64,000 bases of DNA from Flavobacteriales bacterium (GTDB taxonomy: Bacteria; Bacteroidota; Bacteroidia; Flavobacteriales_F; PHOS-HE28): assembly GCA_039933875.1 (NCBI GenBank), contig JBDTNF010000016.1, forward strand, positions 1,522-65,521. The letters are read 5' to 3'. The position numbers were made by a program, and so were the translations under genes. The notes below the pieces were generated by a model. It made no database searches, had not been told where the DNA came from, and worked only from the letters and a program-made list of their open reading frames with translations. Positions 27,374 through 38,648 of the stretch are shown piece by piece. The number at the start of each line of letters is the position of its first letter. Position 1 is the stretch's first letter.

Positions 27374-27883
27374 TCAATGGCCGTCCTTGTCGTAGTCGGA
27401 CTCGGTATGCCTGTCCTGCTCCTCCTTGACCTTGTCCCACCAGGTCTTCACCTCATCACGCGTCTGTTCGGCTTTCACACGCACGGTCTCGCGGTCGGCG
27501 GGGGCGGCATCGGTTCCGATCCCTTCAACCTCGGCGATGGAAGCGTCAACCAAGCCCTTTTCGCGGTCCAGCTCCACCTTCATGGCTTCGTGCTTCGCGC
27601 GTTCGTCGGCCTTCAAGTCCTTTTTCGCAAGCTCTGCGCTGGTGGTACCCAACTGTTTGTCGATCCCATCGCGCAGATCACGTAGATCGGCCAGGATCTG
27701 GTTGCGTTGCTTTTCCCAATCGAGCGAGGTCCGCACTTCTGTGTTGGCGGCATCATCGGCGATCTTCTGCATCTCATCGCTAGTGCCTTCGGCTTGTTCG
27801 GCGGGTGTTTCGGAACAACCGGTGAGCAGGATACCCCCGCAAAGAGCGGCGGCCATCCAAGTGCTTCGGGTTATGGCTTTCAT
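27374..27883 (-). CDS. Hypothetical lipoprotein, highly charged and helical
   Basis: Lipobox 'LLTGC'. The rest is rich in D/E/K/A (LEA-like composition). No family recognised. Confidence 0.7.
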   Translation of the reverse strand: MKAITRSTWMAAALCGGILLTGCSETPAEQAEGTSDEMQKIADDAANTEVRTSLDWEKQRNQILADLRDLRDGIDKQLGTTSAELAKKDLKADERAKHEAMKVELDREKGLVDASIAEVEGIGTDAAPADRETVRVKAEQTRDEVKTWWDKVKEEQDRHTESDYDKDGH

Positions 27884-28097
27884 GGTTTCAGGTTTGGCCA
27901 GGTGTAGGCCAACATTGTTCCAGCGGCGCGCTCAAAGGCTGTGAAGCACCGCATGCGCAGGGCTGTCAAGGGTTATTGCCAACATCAGGGCCAGGGGTCG
28001 GCTGATAGGTCGTTGTGGAAATGGGGTCGCCTTTCCTCATGATCGGGTGATCACAACCACGTTGACGGCCCCACGATCGAATCCGCATCTTAGCTCC

Positions 28098-29198
28098 ATG
28101 CGCACGATCGCTTTGCTAACCCCGCTGTTGCCACTGGTCGCCAGCGCACAGATGCTTGTCCCGACCGTCATCACGCCGCTGAATACAGCCCTCAATGAGA
28201 CGAGCGGCTTGGTGGTGCTGGGCGGGGAAGTGTGGACCCAGTTGGACAGTGGCAACCCGAACGCGCTGTACAACATCGATCCCGCAAGCGGTGAGATACT
28301 GCGCACGGTAACGGTGATGAACGCCACGAACGTGGACTGGGAGGACATCGCCGCGGATGATGACTGGTTGTACATCGGCGACTTCGGGAACAACGGTGGT
28401 GATCGCATCAACTTGCGCGTATACCGCGTTGCGTTGACCGAGCTGCTCGATCCCGGGACCACGGAGATCTTGGCCGACACCATCCGGTTCGCCTATGCGT
28501 TGCAAACGGACTTCACGGCAGCAGGCAACAACAACGACTGGGATTGTGAAGCGATGATCGCGGTGGACGACAGCCTCTTCCTCTTCAGCAAGAATTGGGT
28601 GACGAATACGAGCTACCTGTACGCGCTGTCGGCCACACCGGGCGATCGGCTCGCCGAACGTCGCGACACGATCGATGCGCAAGGGTTGATCACGGGAGCG
28701 ACGTACGATCCCAGCAACGGGGCGATAGCGCTGGTGGGTTATACCGATGGTCTCTATCTACCCTTCGTTTGGCGCTTCGCCGGCTATCCGGGTCATGCGT
28801 TCTTCCAGGGTATCGCGCAGCGGAACACCTTGAGCTCGGGCATCACGCAGATGGAAGGTATCGCCTGGGCCGCCACCGCCACGGTGTACCTGAGCAACGA
28901 ACAGAGCATCCTGAACGGCGCGCGCTTGTGGGAACTGGCGCTGGACCTGCCCACCGGCATTTTCACGTCACCACAGGCGACCATCCAAGCGTGGCCCTCG
29001 CCGAACGATGGGCATTTCACGGTCGCTGTGAACGACCCCAGCCTGTTGGAGATCTGGGACGCACGCGGTCGCACGGTGTGGAAGCAGGCCTTGGGCGCAG
29101 GTGAGAACGCCGTGCAAGCCGATACGCTGGCCACGGGCCTTTACACGGTACGCGTCGGACCGGCGGGCTCGGTCTTCCGGATCGCCATCCAGCGTTGA
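28098..29198 (+). CDS. T9SS-sorted secreted protein, beta-propeller-like (SdiA-regulated/phytase-like type)
   Basis: Start at MRTIALLTPLLPLVASAQ. 'LNETSGL' and 'DWEDIAADDDWLYIGDFGNNGGDR' motifs. C-terminal sorting tail 'WPSPNDGHFTV...GLYTVRV'. Confidence 0.8.
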   Translation: MRTIALLTPLLPLVASAQMLVPTVITPLNTALNETSGLVVLGGEVWTQLDSGNPNALYNIDPASGEILRTVTVMNATNVDWEDIAADDDWLYIGDFGNNGGDRINLRVYRVALTELLDPGTTEILADTIRFAYALQTDFTAAGNNNDWDCEAMIAVDDSLFLFSKNWVTNTSYLYALSATPGDRLAERRDTIDAQGLITGATYDPSNGAIALVGYTDGLYLPFVWRFAGYPGHAFFQGIAQRNTLSSGITQMEGIAWAATATVYLSNEQSILNGARLWELALDLPTGIFTSPQATIQAWPSPNDGHFTVAVNDPSLLEIWDARGRTVWKQALGAGENAVQADTLATGLYTVRVGPAGSVFRIAIQR

Positions 29199-29202
29199 CG
29201 CA

Positions 29203-31041
29203 TCACTCCTTTACGAAGCGGTAGGTCGTTCGACCGCCCGGACCTTCGAAATGCAACGTGTACGAACCTTGCGGGAGCGTTGCGATGTCCAATGCCAGGA
29301 CCGGACCAGCGACCACCGCTTGTTGGATCAGTATCCTGCCCAAGGCATCGCGCACGGTGTATAGCATCGGACCGGTGGAGGAAGGCAAGGTGAGATGCAG
29401 GAGATCGTGCGACGGAACCGGATAGAGAAGGAGGCCTTCCCCTTTGTTCGAGGCAAGGAGACCAGCGCATACCTCCACCGTGAGGAAGGTGACCACGATG
29501 CTATCGCACCCACTGGCCGAGATGAACGGGTCCGTGAAAATACCCGAGGCGTATTGCCACTCGCCAGCGGCGAAGAGCGAGTCACCCAAACAGATCAACG
29601 TGTCCAGGTGGGCGGAATAGGGTGAACAGAGGCGCGTAAGGAAGGCATCGCGTGAACTCACGACCGAGGAGATCACATCGGTGCCCGGCCCGGGGTCGAA
29701 GTCCACGGTGAGTTCGAACGATCCGCCGATGAATTGGCGGCCGGATCCGCTCCAGGCTGCGGTCATGCCCATGTCAAGCCCGGTTCCGCCCCATGCGATC
29801 GCGTTCAGGAATTGGCCGGTACTGTCGAGGGTAAGCGAGTAGACATCCGAAACCCCATTGCCGACCACCTCGAACACATCCGGGCCGGGATCAAGGTCAG
29901 CAGTGGCGTCGAAGCCACCGGTGATCAGCATCTCATCCAATGGTCCCAAGGCGATGGCTTCCGCATCATCATAGCTCGGTCCGCCGAATGATCCCGCCCA
30001 CACGAACGCGCCACTGGTAGAGAGCTTCACCACGAAGCTGTCGTAGTTGCCAGCGGTGGTGATCATGGAGACGTTCGGCCCCGGGTCGTAGTCCCCATCC
30101 TCGCTGAATTGACCGACCGCGATCGCGTCGCCGTTGGAGGCGATGCGCAGGTCGCGCAGTATGTCATTCCCGTTGCCGCCCATGTGCCCGCCGGAAAGGA
30201 AGGCGCCCGCTTCGGTGAGGTGGATCAAGAACGCATTATCGTTGAAGCCGGGCGCTGTAACGCTCGTTGTTCCGTTGCCGGGATCGAGGTCCAGCGTTCC
30301 GAAGTAAGAGCCGCCGATCCATAGATCATCTCCGGCACCGGCAGCCACTGCGGTGCCGTTCTCGCTGCTTGTTCCGTTCCACGTGCGCACCCACACCAGC
30401 GCACCGTTCGGCCCCAGCTTCCACAGGAACATCGCATCGCTGCCACCCGCGCTCACCAAAGTCTGGTTCGGCCCGGGGTCGAAATCCACCGTGCCTTGGA
30501 AGTACCCGATCGCGATCACGTTGCCCTGCGTGTCCACCGCGATATCGTTCACATAGTCGGCGCCAGTACTGCCCGCCGTTGCCGCCCAAATCAATTGCCC
30601 GTCGTTCGTGTACCGTGCCACCACGGCGTCCTCATCCCCGTTGCTCACCTGCCATTGGGTGGCTGCCGTGGGCTGCACATCGAGCGAATCCTCGAAGCCA
30701 CCACCCACCCAGACACTGTTGTCCTTCGCGGCGACCGAATTCGCGTGGTCGTGATCGGTGCCCCGCAATTGGATGCTCCACTCGAACACACCTTCCGGTG
30801 TGAAGCGCGAGAGGAACATGTCCTGCACAGCCAGCGCGGTGAACGACGTTGTCCCCGCGCCGGGATCCATATCCGCCGTTCCCCAGAAGCCACCGAACGC
30901 GAAGATGTTCCCGGTTCCGTCCAACGCTACTGCGTTCAACTGGTCGCTATCTGTGCCACCCCAGGTGTTCACGCCGAGGTAGTCCTGGGCTGAAGCGGGA
31001 AGGCTGAGCAGGAGCGGAAGGAGAAGATGTGTGTTGCGCAT
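29203..31041 (-). CDS. T9SS-sorted secreted protein with SBBP-type beta-propeller repeats
   Basis: Start at MRNTHLLLPLLLSLPASAQ. About ten repeats of the form 'G(G/S)xxxDxxxxIAxDxxGNxxxxGxFxGTxDxDPGxG'. C-terminal tail 'LLLYPVPSHDLLHL...GSYTLHF'. Confidence 0.85.
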   Translation of the reverse strand: MRNTHLLLPLLLSLPASAQDYLGVNTWGGTDSDQLNAVALDGTGNIFAFGGFWGTADMDPGAGTTSFTALAVQDMFLSRFTPEGVFEWSIQLRGTDHDHANSVAAKDNSVWVGGGFEDSLDVQPTAATQWQVSNGDEDAVVARYTNDGQLIWAATAGSTGADYVNDIAVDTQGNVIAIGYFQGTVDFDPGPNQTLVSAGGSDAMFLWKLGPNGALVWVRTWNGTSSENGTAVAAGAGDDLWIGGSYFGTLDLDPGNGTTSVTAPGFNDNAFLIHLTEAGAFLSGGHMGGNGNDILRDLRIASNGDAIAVGQFSEDGDYDPGPNVSMITTAGNYDSFVVKLSTSGAFVWAGSFGGPSYDDAEAIALGPLDEMLITGGFDATADLDPGPDVFEVVGNGVSDVYSLTLDSTGQFLNAIAWGGTGLDMGMTAAWSGSGRQFIGGSFELTVDFDPGPGTDVISSVVSSRDAFLTRLCSPYSAHLDTLICLGDSLFAAGEWQYASGIFTDPFISASGCDSIVVTFLTVEVCAGLLASNKGEGLLLYPVPSHDLLHLTLPSSTGPMLYTVRDALGRILIQQAVVAGPVLALDIATLPQGSYTLHFEGPGGRTTYRFVKE

Positions 31042-31057
31042 GGACCGTAAGTTACGG

Positions 31058-31936
31058 TCACGGCTTCCCAGGCTTATCCAGCCGCAAGCGGTAGGCGAGG
31101 ACCACGCGTGCATAGGGCGAATCGACGATGTCGTGATCGGCGTAGCCGTTCTTGTTGGTATGGTCGGCGTCGAACAGCGGATCACCCGGCCCACCGAGCA
31201 CCTCCCGGATGAAGCTCCACCCTCCTTCGACCCTCAGCACGATGCTGCGCGTGAAGTACACATCGCCGAACAGGCCGAGCGGGTTCTCGTCCAGGCGGCG
31301 GTAGTCGCCATCGCGCACCCCGAAGCTCGTGGTGTAGGCCCGGAAGCTCGCCCCCCAATGGAAACGGGGTGAGCATTTGTGTTCGTAGTTGAACGTGCCG
31401 GGCAGTATGCCGAACAGGTTGTTCTTCGCATCGATGCGCCAGTCCAGGCCTAGCAGCGGAACCACGAACCAACCGAAGGCATCATAGTTGGCATACACGC
31501 CCGCGCGCACCGTGAGCGTGGGTTTGAACACGCGGCTCGTCAGCAGCACACCACCATATTGGATATCGCCGTGCTGCTGTTCCTCCAGCCAATGGTATTT
31601 GCCGATGCCTGCGACAGCCAGCTTCCATTTGCCACTGCAAAAGGGTGTCACGTACGTCAACGCCCCACCGACACCCTGCATCGTTTCGTTCACTAGTCCG
31701 TCGTGCGCCGGAGAATACAGGTCGCCCGCAGTTGTGGTATGCCATTGCACGAAGTAAGGATCCAGCACGAGCAGTCTGCCGTTCGTATCGAGTTGCAACG
31801 GCAACGTTGCGCTCACTTCTTCGCGATCGAGGCCGGGGCTTGCCAGCACGTTCGTGTGCAGGAGATCGATGAACGGTTGTGCGCTCGCGCAAAGCGGGAA
31901 CGCAATGACCCATGCGAAGAGCGGGCGGCGCATCAT
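31058..31936 (-). CDS. Hypothetical outer-membrane beta-barrel protein
   Basis: Start at MMRRPLFAWVIAFPLCASAQ (signal peptide). Alternating strand pattern and aromatic-rich composition. It lies 17 nt upstream of the preceding T9SS gene on the same strand. Confidence 0.6.
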   Translation of the reverse strand: MMRRPLFAWVIAFPLCASAQPFIDLLHTNVLASPGLDREEVSATLPLQLDTNGRLLVLDPYFVQWHTTTAGDLYSPAHDGLVNETMQGVGGALTYVTPFCSGKWKLAVAGIGKYHWLEEQQHGDIQYGGVLLTSRVFKPTLTVRAGVYANYDAFGWFVVPLLGLDWRIDAKNNLFGILPGTFNYEHKCSPRFHWGASFRAYTTSFGVRDGDYRRLDENPLGLFGDVYFTRSIVLRVEGGWSFIREVLGGPGDPLFDADHTNKNGYADHDIVDSPYARVVLAYRLRLDKPGKP

Positions 31937-32049
31937 CACCCAAAGAAAGGGATGTTCGTTGTGCTGGACCGCGGCTTGTGAACATCGGGCCTTGGGTACT
32001 TCGCCGTAAGCGCCCTGTGCTGCCGTGCGGGTGCGGGTAAGTTCGCACC

Positions 32050-34389
32050 ATGGTAGCGCGGGTGCCCCTTTGTATGATGTGCGGCGCATTGGTCCTTTTC
32101 CATGGCGTGAAGGCACAGGCCCAGACCACGGCATCGCTTTACGGGCGGGTCACAGATGCCACGACCACGTTACCACTGATCGGTGCCCAGGTCCGCGTGC
32201 TGCTGGAGGACACCGCCTTCTCCGCAGTGACGAACGCGGATGGCACCTTCCGATTCCACGCGGTGCCTTCGGGTATCCACCGGGTGCAGGTGGCTTTTCT
32301 GGGCTATGGTCCGGTGCTGGTCCCTGAGGTATGGCTGCGCACTGGCAAGGCCGAGGTGGTCGACATCGCCATGCAGGCATCGAGCACGGAGATCGGCGAA
32401 GTGATCGTGGAGGGTGTGGGGCCGCGCCACCTCACACCGGTGAGCAGCCATGCGCTGACCGTGGAACAAAGCCTGCGTTTCCCTGCGACGTTCTTCGATC
32501 CCGCACGACTTGCGGCCACACAACCGGGCGTAGCGAGCACCAACGACCAGGCGAACCATTTCAGCGTGCGCGGTAATGGCCCCGCCAGCAATGCATGGAT
32601 GCTGGAAGGGGCGGAGATCGTGAACCCGAACCACCTGACGAACGCAGGCACAGCGAGCGATCAACCGACGTTGAGCGGCGGCGGTGTGGATATCCTGAGC
32701 GCGCAGATGCTCGGTACATCGCAACTCTTGACGGGTGGTTTCCCAACGGCCTATGGCAATGCTCTCGGTGGCATCATGGACATGCAATTGCGGCGGGGAG
32801 CGACCGACGCACAAGCCTTCACGGCACAAGTGGGCCTCATTGGTATCGACCTCAGCACCGAGGGGCCGTTCAAGAAAGGGGGCGATGCATCTTACTTGGT
32901 GAATTACCGGTATTCGACACTGGGTTTGCTGAGCGCGATGGGCGTGAACCTTGGCGATGAGGTGATCACCTTCCAGGACCTGTCCTTTCATGTATCGTTG
33001 CCGCTCGGGCGCGGATCGATCTCGCTCTTCGGTCTTGGTGGCGTGAGCAGCAATACGTTCGAGGCGAAGACCGACACGGCTGAATGGGAGTTCGACAAGG
33101 ACAGCCGCAACATCGATTACACCGCGAGTATGGGTGCGGTGGGGAGCTCGTTGCGCATCCCGATCGGCCAGGGTGCCGTGTGGCATACGACGGCGGTGTT
33201 GTCGGAGAACGACCAGGAGCGCTCGGAAGAACGACTCTCCACATCCTATGAGGTGACCGGCACGAGCACATCGGCGTTGAACGAACGCAAGCTCTCGGTG
33301 GTGAGTTGTGTGCGCGGTGCTTGTGGTGCGCGGTTCACGTACCAGGTCGGTGGCAGTGCGATGGACCGCACCGTGCAGAAGGACCAGGTGAACGAGGAAC
33401 GCATCGAAGGGTGGTTGATGAGACCCTATGCGCAAGGCACCGTTGCACTGACCGATCGCCTGCGCGTGGAGGCGGGGGTGGCCTATGCGCACTACACGTT
33501 CAACAGTTCTTCCGTTGTGGAGCCACGCGCCACCATCCAGTTACGTATCGGTGCCGATCGCTCCTTGAGCCTCGCCGCCGGTCAACGCAGCCAGTTGCCC
33601 AACGTGCAGCTCTTCGCGGTGCAGCCCGGCTCCGATCTCTGGAACAATTCCGCCATCGGCCTCACGCGTGCGCAGGATATCGTGCTCGCCTACGACCATC
33701 CGTTCCGCCCTCACCTGGTGTTGCATGCGGAGGTTTTCCAACAACGGGTGTTGGATGTACCCACTGGCGATCCGGGCTTTTTCCAGCCCGCGTTGAACGA
33801 TGATGGAAGCATGGTGAATGCGTGGGATGCACCCTTGTTCCTGCCGCTCACGAACACCGGGGATGCGACCAATACGGGAGTGGAGGTCTCGTTCGTTCAC
33901 ACGTTCCGCAACGCGTTGTTCTACCAGGTGAACGCCACGTTGTTGGATGCAGTGTACACGGGCTTCGACGATAAGGAACGCGATGGGCGATGGAACACCG
34001 TGGCGATCGGCAATGTGATCGTCGGTCGCGAATTCGTCAAACAGAAGGAAGGGCTAAAGCGCACCTGGGGCGTGAACGGCAGGTTGAACGGCACGGGTGG
34101 CCAGCGCGTCACGCCGATCGACGAAGAGCTGAGTTCCATTTCGGGCGGCACGGTGTACGACGTGGATCGGCCGATGGCCGAACAGCTGCCCATGTTCTAC
34201 CGGGTCGATCTGCGCATCTACCTGAAGCGCGAGCATGAAGGCCGCACTGGCATGTGGGCGTTGGACGTTCAGAACCTGACCGGCGCACAGAACGAGGCCT
34301 ATCGCTACTACGATGTCCGCAAGGGGGAGGTCGTCACCAAATACCAGCTCGGCCTGATCCCCAATTTGAGTTACCGCATCGAATTCTGA
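32050..34389 (+). CDS. TonB-dependent receptor with N-terminal CarboxypepD_reg-like domain
   Basis: 'SLYGRVTDATTTLPLIGAQVRVL...TNADGTFRF' (CarboxypepD_reg), then a plug ('NHFSVRGNGP') and a long beta-barrel ending in '...LIPNLSYRIEF'. The start could be the Met at 32074. Confidence 0.9.
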   Translation: MVARVPLCMMCGALVLFHGVKAQAQTTASLYGRVTDATTTLPLIGAQVRVLLEDTAFSAVTNADGTFRFHAVPSGIHRVQVAFLGYGPVLVPEVWLRTGKAEVVDIAMQASSTEIGEVIVEGVGPRHLTPVSSHALTVEQSLRFPATFFDPARLAATQPGVASTNDQANHFSVRGNGPASNAWMLEGAEIVNPNHLTNAGTASDQPTLSGGGVDILSAQMLGTSQLLTGGFPTAYGNALGGIMDMQLRRGATDAQAFTAQVGLIGIDLSTEGPFKKGGDASYLVNYRYSTLGLLSAMGVNLGDEVITFQDLSFHVSLPLGRGSISLFGLGGVSSNTFEAKTDTAEWEFDKDSRNIDYTASMGAVGSSLRIPIGQGAVWHTTAVLSENDQERSEERLSTSYEVTGTSTSALNERKLSVVSCVRGACGARFTYQVGGSAMDRTVQKDQVNEERIEGWLMRPYAQGTVALTDRLRVEAGVAYAHYTFNSSSVVEPRATIQLRIGADRSLSLAAGQRSQLPNVQLFAVQPGSDLWNNSAIGLTRAQDIVLAYDHPFRPHLVLHAEVFQQRVLDVPTGDPGFFQPALNDDGSMVNAWDAPLFLPLTNTGDATNTGVEVSFVHTFRNALFYQVNATLLDAVYTGFDDKERDGRWNTVAIGNVIVGREFVKQKEGLKRTWGVNGRLNGTGGQRVTPIDEELSSISGGTVYDVDRPMAEQLPMFYRVDLRIYLKREHEGRTGMWALDVQNLTGAQNEAYRYYDVRKGEVVTKYQLGLIPNLSYRIEF

Positions 34390-34394
34390 TCACC

Positions 34395-34766
34395 ATGAAG
34401 AAGTTCCTGTTCATCCTGCTCGCGGTCATCTTCGCGCTCTTCGCCTACGTGAACCTGAACGACCCGGACCCGGTGCAATGGGTTCTGGCCTATGGGGCCA
34501 CGTCGGTCCTGTTCGGTTGCGCGGCGTTCGGTCGCGCCGATCGGCGGATCATCGGTGCGTTGGCCGTTGCGCTCTTCGTGTGGATGTGTACGATGGCCTC
34601 GGGCATGGTCGACTGGTATCACCTCGGCTTCCCGACGATAACCAGTGAGATGGAAGCGGCCACGCCGTACATCGAAGTGGTGCGCGAGTTCCTGGGCTTG
34701 TTGATCGCGGTAGTTGCCCTGGCGGGTCTGTTCTTCGCGACACCTCGCCAGTCGCGTATGGGATGA
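34395..34766 (+). CDS. Small 4-TM membrane protein (TMEM220-like)
   Basis: Start at MKKFLFILLAVIFALFAYVNLNDPDP. Four hydrophobic helices, beginning 6 nt after the receptor stop. Confidence 0.65.
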   Translation: MKKFLFILLAVIFALFAYVNLNDPDPVQWVLAYGATSVLFGCAAFGRADRRIIGALAVALFVWMCTMASGMVDWYHLGFPTITSEMEAATPYIEVVREFLGLLIAVVALAGLFFATPRQSRMG

Positions 34767-34805
34767 GGTCGACCACCAGCATCGCCACACCCACTTCTCC
34801 CTGAC

Positions 34806-36266
34806 ATGAAGCGCATCCTATTCACCATCGGCGGCCCACTCGCGGGAGGGGCGCTTTACCTGCTGCTCCATCACCTCGGGCATGTGCAGGCCGCGATGGC
34901 GGGCGTGGTGGCCTGGATGGCGGTGTGGTGGATCAGTGAGGCGGTACCCATCCCGGTGACCTCGTTGCTGCCCATCGTGCTCTTCCCCCTACTCGGCATC
35001 ACGGACCTGCCGAAGGTGGCGGGCTTTTACGGCAAGGATGTCATCTTCCTCTTCATCGGGGGCTTCCTGCTCGCGTTGGGCATTGAACGCAGCGGCTTGC
35101 ACAAGCGTCTCGCGTTGCACATCGTGCATCGTATCGGCGCGTCGCCATCGCGGTTGGTGTTGGGCACCCTGCTGGCAACGGGCCTGCTCAGCATGTGGAT
35201 CAACAGCACGGCGGCTGTGTTGGTGATGCTGCCCATAGGACTGAGCCTGCTGAGCGCGGCACCGGGACACGAGCGGCTGGGTGCGGCGCTCGCCCTGAGC
35301 GTAGGTTATGGTGCCACCATCGGCGGCATGGCCACTCCGGTCGGCACGCCCCCCAACCTCATCTTCATGGCGCAATGGAAGCAATTCTTCCCGGACAGCG
35401 CACCGATCGGTTTCGGGCAGTGGATGTTGTTCGGTGTGCCGTACGCGGTACTCTTCATGCTGGCCACTTGGTGGCTCATGACGCGCGTTCTCTTCCGCAT
35501 GCCCGGTAAGGCCAGCGTGCAACGCTCCGCTCTGCGCGAGCAACTCAAAGCCCTGGGGTCGGCCTCACGCGATGAGCGGCTCTCGGCACTCGTGTTCGCC
35601 ATCACCGCGTTGCTTTGGATGACCGGCGACGATGTGGTCCTCGACACGTTCACCATCCACGGCTGGCGCTACTGGACCGGACTCACCATGCTCGGCGATC
35701 CTGCTGTCGCGATCTTCGGCGGTACGTTGTTGTTCCTCATTCCATCGTCCCGAAAGGAACTGCCAACTGCTAACTCGCCAACTGCCAACTCTCTCCTCGA
35801 CTGGGACTTCGCACAAGCGCGCATCCCGTGGGGCGTGGTCCTGCTCATCGGCAGCGGATTCGCGATCGCGGGTGGCATCGATGCGAGCGGCTTGAGCGCG
35901 ACCATTGGTCAGGCCCTCGCGGGTTGGAAGCTCGGATCGCCAACGCTGCAGGTGGGCGCGATCGCCATGGGTGTCACCTTGCTGAGCGAACTCGGGAGCA
36001 ACACGGCCGTCGCCAGTTTGGTACTACCCATCCTGGCGCGCACTGCTGAGATGTGGGACATGCTCCCCCAGACGGTGATGATCCCCGCGACGCTCGCCGC
36101 CAGCTGTGGTTTCATGCTGCCGATCGCCTCGCCCATGCAGGCCATCGTGTTCGCGAGCGGTCAGCTCAGCATACGCCAGATGATGAAGGCCGGTGTGTGG
36201 ATGGATCTGATCGGCGTGCTGCTGCTGATGGGGCTTTGGGCGCTCATCGGTGAGGTGGTGTTCTGA
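34806..36266 (+). CDS. DASS/SLC13-family anion:sodium symporter (dicarboxylate/sulfate type)
   Basis: 'WWISEAVPIPVTSLLPIVLFPLLGI', and the duplicated hairpin motif 'GGMATPVGTPPNLIF' / 'CGFMLPIASPMQAIVF'. Confidence 0.9.
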   Translation: MKRILFTIGGPLAGGALYLLLHHLGHVQAAMAGVVAWMAVWWISEAVPIPVTSLLPIVLFPLLGITDLPKVAGFYGKDVIFLFIGGFLLALGIERSGLHKRLALHIVHRIGASPSRLVLGTLLATGLLSMWINSTAAVLVMLPIGLSLLSAAPGHERLGAALALSVGYGATIGGMATPVGTPPNLIFMAQWKQFFPDSAPIGFGQWMLFGVPYAVLFMLATWWLMTRVLFRMPGKASVQRSALREQLKALGSASRDERLSALVFAITALLWMTGDDVVLDTFTIHGWRYWTGLTMLGDPAVAIFGGTLLFLIPSSRKELPTANSPTANSLLDWDFAQARIPWGVVLLIGSGFAIAGGIDASGLSATIGQALAGWKLGSPTLQVGAIAMGVTLLSELGSNTAVASLVLPILARTAEMWDMLPQTVMIPATLAASCGFMLPIASPMQAIVFASGQLSIRQMMKAGVWMDLIGVLLLMGLWALIGEVVF

Positions 36267-36305
36267 GGATCACGGCCCGGACGAACGGCGCGCTACTTTC
36301 AACCC

Positions 36306-37541
<1,236 letters not shown>

Positions 37542-37562
37542 TACGCGCTCCCGCGTTGATGG

Positions 37563-38150
37563 TCAAGGTGGCAGTGGCCCGTTGTAGGTCACGCAGGGGG
37601 TCGCGTACCATGAACATTGGCCATGCATGGGATACTCCAGGTGCAAGGTGTCTCCATCGGTAATGTTCACCACACCGAACGGACCATTCAACCATCGTCG
37701 CATGCAAGCCGTGTCGATGGGTTCGTTGTACATGGCCGGCTTGGTGTAGTCGCGCAGGAGTTGGCGGTATCGACGATCGTCGATCCGGTCCCGGTCGAGG
37801 AAAAGGTACTTGCCAGCAGGGAGGCTCACATAGCCATGCCCTTCGGGGTTCATCGAGATCGTGTCTTGGATGGGTGTGCGCAGGTCATTGATAGCGAGCA
37901 GGCCGGTACTGTCCGGTCGCGCCGGACGAATGAACAGCATGCCGCGCCAAGGCTGGGGACGTGGGTAGTCACTCGGGTCGGGCTCGGCACCACCACAATA
38001 GGGTTCGGTCCAGGTGCAGTGCAAATGGAGTACTCCACCATCACCTCTGCGATGCCAGTTGTACATTTTCCCGTCCAGTGGCGGATGTTGGGTGCGGCAT
38101 GCCAGGAGACCCGCCGTTGCACAAACGCCGATCAATGCTGCCCGCAACAT
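37563..38150 (-). CDS. Hypothetical lipoprotein
   Basis: Start at MLRAALIGVCATAGLLAC (lipobox). Its ATG overlaps the RidA stop (TGATG at 38152-38148). No family recognised. Confidence 0.55.
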   Translation of the reverse strand: MLRAALIGVCATAGLLACRTQHPPLDGKMYNWHRRGDGGVLHLHCTWTEPYCGGAEPDPSDYPRPQPWRGMLFIRPARPDSTGLLAINDLRTPIQDTISMNPEGHGYVSLPAGKYLFLDRDRIDDRRYRQLLRDYTKPAMYNEPIDTACMRRWLNGPFGVVNITDGDTLHLEYPMHGQCSWYATPCVTYNGPLPP

Positions 38151-38560
38151 CACACGGTCGCCACTACCTTCAGTTCGATCGCGATGGGTGTGGGCAGGCA
38201 ATTGATCTCCAACGTGGTGCGGCACGGCGGATCGTTCTTGAAGTACTCCGCCCACAACCGGTTGTAGGCCGGGAAGTCATCTTTCATGTTAGTGAGATAG
38301 ACCGTCACATCCACGATCTTCTCCCACGACGAACCCGAATCCTCGAGTATCCAACGCACGTTCTGGAACACGCTGCGCACCTGAATCTCGATGTCGTAGC
38401 TCAGGATCGTACCATCAGCGTCCAGTTCCACGCCGGGGATCTTCTTCGTGCCACGTTCGCGAGGCCCCACTCCGCTGAGGAACAACAGATCGCCCACGCG
38501 ACGCGCATGGGGGTAATGGCCGACAGGCTCCGGTGCTTTGTTGGAAGAGATCGAACTCAT
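38150..38560 (-). CDS. RidA/YjgF-family reactive-intermediate deaminase
   Basis: 136 aa. 'APEPVGHYPHARRVGDLLFLSGVGP' and C-terminal 'PCRTTLEINCLPTPIAIELKVVA' are typical of the family. Confidence 0.9.
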   Translation of the reverse strand: MSSISSNKAPEPVGHYPHARRVGDLLFLSGVGPRERGTKKIPGVELDADGTILSYDIEIQVRSVFQNVRWILEDSGSSWEKIVDVTVYLTNMKDDFPAYNRLWAEYFKNDPPCRTTLEINCLPTPIAIELKVVATV

Positions 38561-38648
38561 GCGGCTGCGGGTCGTTTATGCTCCAAAGGTTCGAAAGTTC
38601 CGAGGTTCCGCACGGACGAACTTTGTACCCTTCCCAGATAGATCATTC